Notes under the pieces: generated by a model
Databases searched by the model: none
What the model was told of the DNA's origin: nothing
Seen by the model: only the letters and a program-made list of their open reading frames with translations
Shown: positions 29,704-36,041 of the stretch, piece by piece
Position numbering within the stretch: the stretch's first letter is position 1
Layout: every line of letters begins with the position of its first letter
Translations under genes and position numbers: made by a program
Assembly: GCA_024402765.1 (NCBI GenBank)
Contig: JAKSTC010000001.1
Coordinates: forward strand, 133,785 to 197,784
Direction of reading: 5' to 3'
From: Alphaproteobacteria bacterium
GTDB taxonomy: Bacteria > Pseudomonadota > Alphaproteobacteria > Rs-D84
Length of the DNA: 64,000 nt

Positions 29704-30150
29704 TTACTCCTGAATCAAAACGCTATTAACTTTCATTTCAGGAAATTCGTCATAAATTGCGAAACACAATTCACGAAAACTCTTTTTTAAAACGAAAGGA
29801 ATTAATGTGCACTGAATATAATCTCTTTCTGCTTTTGTTAAAAAATTGGCTGTGTCAGCACGTTTAACAATTTTATAAAGTGATAAATTGTTGTGTTTTT
29901 CAATTTCCATTTTTTCGTCTTTTACCAATTCATTTATAACAGCTTTCAATTCTGAATCATATGGTCCATATAAATATGGTTGAAAATTGAAATACGTGCC
30001 GTTTTGTCCCAACCTTTTTTCAATCAAAAAAAACAATTTTTGCACCTTTATCGGTGACAAATAAGGATGGTCAGCCGGCAACAAACTAAAAACGTTTAAA
30101 ACAAATTCTTTTCTATCCATAGGTCTATTCTTTACTAAAATATTTACCAA
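29704..30150 (-). CDS. Panacea (DUF4065, SocA/GepA-like) domain protein, candidate antitoxin
   Basis: SPIKVQKLFFLIEKRLG...FQPYLYGPYDSEL matches the KLqKLlY...W.yGPv signature of the family. Confidence 0.65.
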   Translation of the reverse strand: MVNILVKNRPMDRKEFVLNVFSLLPADHPYLSPIKVQKLFFLIEKRLGQNGTYFNFQPYLYGPYDSELKAVINELVKDEKMEIEKHNNLSLYKIVKRADTANFLTKAERDYIQCTLIPFVLKKSFRELCFAIYDEFPEMKVNSVLIQE

Positions 30151-30254
30151 ACATTAATTATTATTGCAACAACAATATAATAAAAACAACGGTTTTGTAT
30201 GTTTGTATTATACCATAAAGCACCATAAAATGAAAGAAAAAACAACTTTCTATA

Positions 30255-30283
30255 TTGCAAAATGGCTTTTTCTGGCATATAAT
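30255..30283 (+). promoter_or_regulatory. Near-consensus sigma70 promoter
   Basis: TTGCAA (30255-30260), 17-nt spacer, TATAAT (30278-30283). Confidence 0.65.
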
Positions 30284-30289
30284 CATAAA

Positions 30290-30532
30290 CAGAGTCGTAA
30301 AACAATTCGGCTTCAGAATCCAAGAGATTGGGTTCGGGGCTATCTCAAGCCCAGTTCATTCGGTGCGAAAGCATCGTTAATCTGATGTGATGGTGTTTTT
30401 GCACCGTTATCATCCCTGACTTATGGTCGGGGGGCTGTTGGTTATAAAATACGGGAAACTGGAAAGCCAATGGAATCAATAATGAACTGATTTGAGAAGT
30501 CCCCGACCGCTCTTTCTTGGGCGGTCTTTTTA
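30290..30532 (+). promoter_or_regulatory. Roughly 240-nt structured leader with mutually exclusive antiterminator and terminator (riboswitch- or attenuator-like)
   Basis: CCCTGAC (30414-20) pairs with GTCGGGG (30426-32). GGTCGGGG (30425-32) pairs with CCCCGACC (30501-08). Terminator GACCGCTC (30505-12) pairs with GGGCGGTC (30519-26), followed by ttttta. The RBS aaaggag and the ATG at 30550 come directly after. Confidence 0.55.
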
Positions 30533-30549
30533 TACAAAGGAGCTCAAAA

Positions 30550-30894
30550 ATGTCAGAAAAAGTCAGTGTAAATCAACAAAGCAATAAAAAAGAAAGAAAT
30601 GTTATTATTTCAGGATATGCTTGGTGGCTAGTAGTCATTGGAGCATTGTTTTCTGGATGTCTTAATGGTTATGATATGCGTTTTGGTATTCAAAATGAAG
30701 ATATAATGTTTTGGTCAACAATTTTGATTGGTTTTATTATGGGCTTAATTCCCGTATGTTTGGCAACATTTCTTGAAAAGAAACATCGTGCATATATTTA
30801 TTGGCTTAGTTTCTTTTCTGTTTGGATGCCACTAGGTATATTTGTTTGGGCGATTGCTGTAATTTGGGCGATTTTTGATAAAAAACGTATATAA
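30550..30894 (+). CDS. Small multi-pass membrane protein
   Basis: Start at MSEKV behind the RBS aaaggag. Three hydrophobic segments (WWLVVIGALF, WSTILIGFIMGLIPVCLA, WMPLGIFVWAIAVIWAIF). Confidence 0.5.
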   Translation: MSEKVSVNQQSNKKERNVIISGYAWWLVVIGALFSGCLNGYDMRFGIQNEDIMFWSTILIGFIMGLIPVCLATFLEKKHRAYIYWLSFFSVWMPLGIFVWAIAVIWAIFDKKRI

Positions 30895-30904
30895 AGGATT
30901 AAAT

Positions 30905-31150
30905 ATGAAAAAAACATTAGTAATAATAACTGCTTGTTTGGTGCTATCTGCTTGTTCTCATACTCATATAACTGAAGATATAATAGGTTATAACGAAACA
31001 GGTAAAGCCTTGGTTAGAGTGTGTAAATCGTCCGGCATTGGTGCCAATGCTAAGGCATTTGGGTCATCGTGCTTAATTGAATTGAGAGATTATGGAAAAA
31101 TTTCTAATACAGCAAATACCATAAATGTGATTTCTAATGACGACAGATGA
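30905..31150 (+). CDS. Small lipoprotein
   Basis: MKKTLVIITACLVLSAC lipobox, RBS aaaggat. Confidence 0.5.
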   Translation: MKKTLVIITACLVLSACSHTHITEDIIGYNETGKALVRVCKSSGIGANAKAFGSSCLIELRDYGKISNTANTINVISNDDR

Positions 31151-31164
31151 AAAAGGATATAAAA

Positions 31165-31821
31165 ATGAAAAAAATAATATTTATAATTATATGCTGTCTA
31201 AGTGTTAATATTTGTCAGGCACAAACATTTAAATCTATGTCAGAACTAGAAGAAGGCTTTATGGCTTTATGTGCTATTGTTGTATTTTTTATAATACTGA
31301 TAATTATAGGTATTCAAAACAATTTACAACAAAAACCGCGTGCAGATAAACCTGTATCGCAACAAGTAAAATTACCTAAAAAAGCAGAGCACGGGGCTAT
31401 GTGGCGATTATTGTTGGGTGGAAGTGAACAGATACCAGAGTTTGATACGATAGTATGTTTTAATAGGGTTCTTGGAAAACCAACTTTGTTCGAATATGAT
31501 GGTGACCTGAATAAGATAAAGAATCTGGCAAACAACCACGGTTTATTAAACTGGCTATGTGATATACGTCAACAATGGTTTGGTCTATTAAAAAACACAA
31601 AAAACATCCCCGTATCAACAATGACATTTTTCTTGTTTGATGCAAAAGGTAACATTTTAGGAATGGCGGCATTGTGGGAAGAAAAAACTTTTGGTAGAGA
31701 CTTCACGCCTTTTAGAATTCCATTAGAGGTTATAAAAGATACTTCATACGATTATCAAAAACTGAAACAAATGTCAGAAAGAAACCGGAAAGCGTTTTTA
31801 GAGGTTGTTGGGGGCAAGTAG
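31165..31821 (+). CDS. Signal-peptide and TM-anchored hypothetical protein
   Basis: MKKIIFIIICCLSVNICQA signal, second TM FMALCAIVVFFIILIIIGI, soluble C-terminal domain. An alternative start exists at 31147. Confidence 0.45.
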   Translation: MKKIIFIIICCLSVNICQAQTFKSMSELEEGFMALCAIVVFFIILIIIGIQNNLQQKPRADKPVSQQVKLPKKAEHGAMWRLLLGGSEQIPEFDTIVCFNRVLGKPTLFEYDGDLNKIKNLANNHGLLNWLCDIRQQWFGLLKNTKNIPVSTMTFFLFDAKGNILGMAALWEEKTFGRDFTPFRIPLEVIKDTSYDYQKLKQMSERNRKAFLEVVGGK

Positions 31822-32116
31822 TAAAAAATACTAGTTTTTGTGGTAATTTTTTTGGACTAGGTATAAAAATGTATGCTTAAAATCACCCAAAAAGCATACT
31901 TTTTTATCACAAATAAGTTAATTAGTGATAATAACGACTTTTATTATTTTGCTCGCAACACCACGGATTTTATGGTGTTGAGCCGTTTTTGATGCGAATA
32001 AAAGTCACAAATAAGCGTTTTTGTCGTAATTTATAAAAACAAATAATTTTGCCCAAAAAGTGTGTATGCGAATACTAACATACATTTTTGGATTAAAAAA
32101 TTTTTTACCAAAACAC

Positions 32117-32161
32117 TTTACATTCTGTTTTTGTATGATAATATTACATATGTGTAATATT
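32117..32161 (+). promoter_or_regulatory. Promoter with overlapping palindromic operator
   Basis: TTTACA (32117-22), 16 nt, TAATAT (32139-44). AATATTACA-tatg-TGTAATATT (32140-32161) overlaps the -10 element and the likely transcription start. Confidence 0.5.
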
Positions 32162-32174
32162 TTATGAGTGTAAA

Positions 32175-32921
32175 ATGACAGACAAGAAAACAAAACACAT
32201 ATTCGATTCTCGTGAATCTTTGCAAGGATGGTCTTTTGATACAGGTTTCAACAAACTAACCTTTAAAAACGCGAAATACGAAATGACTTTTGATGGGCAA
32301 GAATTACAAGAACTTTTGCAAGAAATGTCCACATTAAAAAAAATTATATCCAACGAACCCCAACAAGAATATCCTGGGCAATATCTGGTATCAAATAAAT
32401 CCAAACTAGCACACGTGATACTTACCCAAGAATCAATGGATGTGTTTATGTCTGCATCGGATAATTTGTCAGATAAAAAATACTTACAAGAATTACACGA
32501 CAAAAAGTTTCACAAACAGGATATTCCTATCAGCAGTCGTAATCTGAACGATTGGATACATACACAAAAGTTGCTACCAGACGACCGCACAAACACTGAA
32601 CAATGGCACACCTTTTCCAAAATAGACATCGCATATATTTATGTTCTAAAAGCCTGTCGCGAGTTTGGAATATCACTTCGTTTCTTACATAATGCCAAAG
32701 AATCTTTGCTTACCCGGATACCACAAAGCAAATTCTGTCTGCTTGAAATCGCATACACTTGTTTTGATAAAAGTAAAGAATCTAGGGACATCTTTCTTTA
32801 TATGGATTCCACTGGACATTGCAATATTGCACGTATAGACGATATTGTCCTGATGGCAAAAGAAAAAATGATTAACAAAAATTTCATACTTAACCTTAGT
32901 GAGGTCTGGCGTGAAATATAA
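32175..32921 (+). CDS. MerR-like HTH domain protein (regulator or excisionase-like)
   Basis: Central segment ISSRNLNDWIHTQKLLPDDRTNTEQWHTFSKIDIAYIYVLKACREFGISL follows the MerR HTH/wing pattern. Confidence 0.45.
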   Translation: MTDKKTKHIFDSRESLQGWSFDTGFNKLTFKNAKYEMTFDGQELQELLQEMSTLKKIISNEPQQEYPGQYLVSNKSKLAHVILTQESMDVFMSASDNLSDKKYLQELHDKKFHKQDIPISSRNLNDWIHTQKLLPDDRTNTEQWHTFSKIDIAYIYVLKACREFGISLRFLHNAKESLLTRIPQSKFCLLEIAYTCFDKSKESRDIFLYMDSTGHCNIARIDDIVLMAKEKMINKNFILNLSEVWREI

Positions 32922-33023
32922 GAACCAACCACTTTTACAATGCATCGCACAAACCGATATAAAAGTGGTTTCACTTAACCCTGTTTTTGCTTACGCACAA
33001 TCCGAAGCCAAAACGCAACCAAT

Positions 33024-33212
33024 ATGGTGGATGCGATGGCGACGTTGTCTGTGGCAGAATGCAGAAAACATCTGGGCAACACAAGTTTGACAGACAAACA
33101 AATCGAAACTATCAGGGATAACCTGACGGTAATGATAAACACAATATTTAACAAGGTGCTAAACAATGCAAATAACAAAAGCGGTATGTTATATAAGGGT
33201 ATCAAGCGATAA
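33024..33212 (+). CDS. Small conserved ORF immediately 5' of integrase 1 (candidate directionality factor or regulator)
   Basis: LTDKQIETIRDNLTVMINTIFNKVL aligns with IDTQRAQIISSYLTNIFNTIFNCIL of the ORF at 44400-44567. Overlaps the integrase start. Confidence 0.45.
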   Translation: MVDAMATLSVAECRKHLGNTSLTDKQIETIRDNLTVMINTIFNKVLNNANNKSGMLYKGIKR

Positions 33213-34779
33213 GCAAGTCAGTGATGGCAACGGGTTAGAAACCCAACAATGGGCTTGCCAATCCTGGGCAAAACGTAATGAATACACGATTGAACGCTTT
33301 TTTGTAGATGCCGCTAAAACGGGCACAAAGACCGAGGGTCGCGATAAACTTGCCGAAATGATAGATTACCTGGCAAAGACAAAAGAATCCAGATTAGTAT
33401 TGTTTTATGACATAAGTCGTCTGGCACGTAACGCTGGTGATTTTCTTAAACTTCGTAAATCTATGGAAAAGAGCGGACACAGATTAGCAACCTGTAAAGG
33501 CGTTTTGGAAACAAGCCCTGTTGGAAAATTTATGGCAACGATAGAAGCAGCCCAAGCGGAATTATTTGCAGACCAAAATCGAGAACGCACAGTTGCTGGT
33601 ATGCGTGAAGCCGCAAGGAATGGATATTGGATAACACATCAACCGCCGGGATACCAGTTTGTAAAAGTTGGAAGTCGCAAAGAATTGAAACGACAAGAAC
33701 CCTTGGCGAGTATTATACAAACAGCCCAAGAAGATTTTGCAGATGCTAAGTTATTTTCACAAACTGACGTTGCAAATTTTTTGACCCAAAAGATGCGTTG
33801 CGCTGGATTAGAAACCCCAAAGAACATCTTTGATTTCGTAAAGCGCATTTTGACAGACCGGAAATACACGGCAATTTTTGCATATCCAAAATATGATATA
33901 CCCGTGCAAAAGTGGCATATAGAACCATTGATTAGCACTGAAACTTTTGAGTTAATTCAAGACAGGTTGCACGGTATCAATCGGGTAAAGCATAGAAAAT
34001 ATAACAAGCACGACGAAAGGTTTCCGTTAAAGGGACTGATTATTTGCCCAACGTGTGGTCGTCCATTGACAGCCAGTATGACAAAACGTGGTAAATATCC
34101 ATACTATCAATGTCAAAACAGAAAGTGCCCCGACAAAAAATTAGCAAACGTGTCCCCACAGATATTACACAAAGAATTCGAAACAGAAATCTTGGATAAA
34201 ATCGCCCCATCCGAGAATTTGATTGCGTTAACCCGGGCGATAGCAACAAAAGAATATTCTGAACGCAACAAGTTATCCAGTGCAAATAATGAAGAAAAGA
34301 AAAAGCGTATTAGCGAAATTGAACAAGAACAGTCTAAAATTGCCGATGCTTATATCGGGGCAAGCGATATAATGAAAAAATCGCTTAACCAAAAGATTGA
34401 TGCGCTGGAATCCGAGAAGTTAACATTACAAGACGAAGTTGATAACTACGAACCAGAACTTATGCCATTTGACGAAGCGTTTAATTATGTTGCGGACTTT
34501 TTGAATCGACCAATTGAGGCGTGGCGTAATGGCGATTATGGTATAAAACAAATGGTCCTAAATTTGTGTTTTGCTGATAAAATTTCTTATAACAAAGAGC
34601 AAAAATTTGGGACTCCTAAATTATCCCAGATTTTCAATATGTTCAGCGGTTTTTTACAGGGGAATTCTTGTCTGGTGCCCCAGATGATTTCTCAAGAGGA
34701 CCACATGACTAGATTCTATAACTTGGTTATGGATATGTCAACACAATTGGGTTATATATGCAGAGCTTTTGGTGATTAA
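33166..34779 (+). CDS. Large serine recombinase (integrase 1). The ORF crosses att core B and ends in element-2 sequence.
   Basis: Catalytic N-domain (CYIRVSSDKQ, SRLARN), recombinase domain, zinc ribbon CPTCG...CQNRKC, coiled coil. Colinear with integrase 2 up to NSCLVP. Confidence 0.85.
   Translation: MQITKAVCYIRVSSDKQVSDGNGLETQQWACQSWAKRNEYTIERFFVDAAKTGTKTEGRDKLAEMIDYLAKTKESRLVLFYDISRLARNAGDFLKLRKSMEKSGHRLATCKGVLETSPVGKFMATIEAAQAELFADQNRERTVAGMREAARNGYWITHQPPGYQFVKVGSRKELKRQEPLASIIQTAQEDFADAKLFSQTDVANFLTQKMRCAGLETPKNIFDFVKRILTDRKYTAIFAYPKYDIPVQKWHIEPLISTETFELIQDRLHGINRVKHRKYNKHDERFPLKGLIICPTCGRPLTASMTKRGKYPYYQCQNRKCPDKKLANVSPQILHKEFETEILDKIAPSENLIALTRAIATKEYSERNKLSSANNEEKKKRISEIEQEQSKIADAYIGASDIMKKSLNQKIDALESEKLTLQDEVDNYEPELMPFDEAFNYVADFLNRPIEAWRNGDYGIKQMVLNLCFADKISYNKEQKFGTPKLSQIFNMFSGFLQGNSCLVPQMISQEDHMTRFYNLVMDMSTQLGYICRAFGD
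34672..34680. repeat. att core copy B (junction between elements 1 and 2)
   Basis: CTGGTGCCC encodes LVP inside integrase 1. The left flank (ttttacaggggaattcttgt) is homologous to the left flank of copy C (ttttacacatcaactcttat). Confidence 0.6.
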
Positions 34780-34788
34780 ACCAATTAT

Positions 34789-34826
34789 ATTTGATTTAGA
34801 CATAGAAAATAATGTCCAAATCAAAT
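34789..34826. repeat. Imperfect inverted repeat, candidate res/crossover site for the adjacent resolvase
   Basis: ATTTGATTTAGACAT-agaaaata-ATGTCCAAATCAAAT: 15-bp arms with 1 mismatch, 82 nt upstream of the resolvase ATG. Confidence 0.45.
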
Positions 34827-34908
34827 CATTAATAGCTTGCTTTTTGGACACTTTCACGTCAGTGTACAGCTATATTTAAAGGTTTCAATTATACAAAAGG
34901 ATATTCAT

Positions 34909-35472
34909 ATGGTAAAAATTCTATATGTAAGGGTTTCAACTATTACCCAAAATGAAGATAGACAGGTTCAGGAAGCAGATAATTATGACAAAGTATTTTT
35001 AGATAAGTGTTCAGGGAAAGATGTAAATAGACCAGCCTTGCAAGAAATGCTTTCTTATGTAAGAGATGGCGATGAAGTATATGTGCACGAACTATCAAGA
35101 TTAGGAAGAAATACATTTGATTTACTAAAATTGGTAAGAACCTTACTTGATAAATCTGTTAGTGTGCATTTTATAAAAGAAAATCTGCATTTTAACCCAG
35201 ATAAAGCAGACCCTGTATCCAATATGACTTTTGAAATATTTTCAGCAGTTGCAAGCTTTGAACGACAACTTATAAACCAAAGATGCCAAGAAGGTAGAGT
35301 TCTGGCAAAAGCAGCCGGTAAATATAAGGGCTCTAAAAAGCACCTATCTAATGAACAAATTGCTGAACTCAAAGAATTGGTAGCACAAAACAGAAAAGTA
35401 TGGACACCTACTGCTTTGGCTAAAAGATACAGCATATGCAGAGCAAGCGTTTATAATTATCTAAAAATGTAA
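34909..35472 (+). CDS. Small serine recombinase (resolvase/invertase, Hin/Tn3 type)
   Basis: ILYVRVSTITQNEDRQ catalytic Ser region, SRLGRN, C-terminal HTH LAKRYSICRASVYNYLK. Start at 34909 behind the RBS aaaagga. Confidence 0.85.
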   Translation: MVKILYVRVSTITQNEDRQVQEADNYDKVFLDKCSGKDVNRPALQEMLSYVRDGDEVYVHELSRLGRNTFDLLKLVRTLLDKSVSVHFIKENLHFNPDKADPVSNMTFEIFSAVASFERQLINQRCQEGRVLAKAAGKYKGSKKHLSNEQIAELKELVAQNRKVWTPTALAKRYSICRASVYNYLKM

Positions 35473-35558
35473 ATTCAAAATTTAGTCATGTTTAATCCAG
35501 ACAAATAAGTAATGAAGATAGAATCTTCATTAACAATAATAACCAAAAGGGTTAAACC

Positions 35559-35996
35559 ATGGCAAAGATAAAAAGAAAGAAGCTGGTAAAGCTAATTAAT
35601 AGAACAAAAAACGAACAAATAGACAATATCTGGTTACACATTGGATTTCTGGGTACTAACATAGATGGCTGTCTAGGCAGACTGATTCCTACAGATTCTA
35701 TGTTTACAGAAGATGAAAGGTTTCCAGATACTTTATCTGAGATACAAAACTTTCTTGGTCATGTAATGACTGTTAAAAGATTAATGTTAATCAGACAATG
35801 TAGTGTTAATCCAGAAATAGTTCATATGATACACCAATTAGAAGAAAACCCTCAAAATATTTGGCAAATCTTTAATGAACATAGGCATATCTTTGATATA
35901 AAAAAGAAGTCAAATAATCAATCTAAAGAAGATGATAAAGAAAAATATAATACTATTAAAAAAGTTGTTGAAAAATGGCTTTCAAAAGAAGAATAA
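35559..35996 (+). CDS. Hypothetical protein
   Basis: 145-aa ORF with the RBS aaaaggg. No recognisable motif. Confidence 0.35.
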   Translation: MAKIKRKKLVKLINRTKNEQIDNIWLHIGFLGTNIDGCLGRLIPTDSMFTEDERFPDTLSEIQNFLGHVMTVKRLMLIRQCSVNPEIVHMIHQLEENPQNIWQIFNEHRHIFDIKKKSNNQSKEDDKEKYNTIKKVVEKWLSKEE

Positions 35997-36041
35997 ATAT
36001 AAACCCACGATTATTAGCCGTGGGAGTTATACAATTTGTAA

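Larger units (their letters stand above)
28704..34680 (+). mobile_element. Integrative element 1 (about 6 kb) with a large serine recombinase at its right end
   Basis: Bounded by att core copies A and B. Cargo is the Panacea/Ntn-hydrolase pair, the leader-controlled membrane-protein operon, a MerR-like regulator, a small conserved ORF and the integrase. Confidence 0.6.

Noticed and set aside
30164-30385. 73-aa ORF between the Panacea gene and the membrane-protein operon.
   Set aside because: A near-consensus promoter (30255-30283) lies inside it, and the region downstream folds into the leader structures. It has no RBS and an implausible composition. I interpret the region as promoter plus leader RNA instead.
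30383-30419. Possible leader peptides within the 240-nt leader: ATG GTG TTT TTG CAC CGT TAT CAT CCC TGA, whose stop overlaps pairing segment 1, and a 19-codon ORF from 30423.
   Set aside because: The idea of translation-coupled attenuation is attractive, but neither start codon has a recognisable Shine-Dalgarno sequence. I kept it only as a note under the leader finding.
30290-30532. Assignment of the leader to a known riboswitch class (c-di-GMP-I, TPP, fluoride, guanidine, purine, SAM-II).
   Set aside because: By eye, none of the conserved core sequences of these classes is present. Only short chance-level resemblances occur (for example GGAAAGCC versus GCAAAGCC). An Rfam scan is needed before naming a class.
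35113-35122. A second copy of the resolvase half-site (ATTTGATTTA) inside the resolvase gene, as a potential inversion partner.
   Set aside because: It is only a 10-nt AT-rich match with no dyad partner, located inside a conserved coding segment (NTFDLLKL). This is most likely chance in AT-rich DNA.
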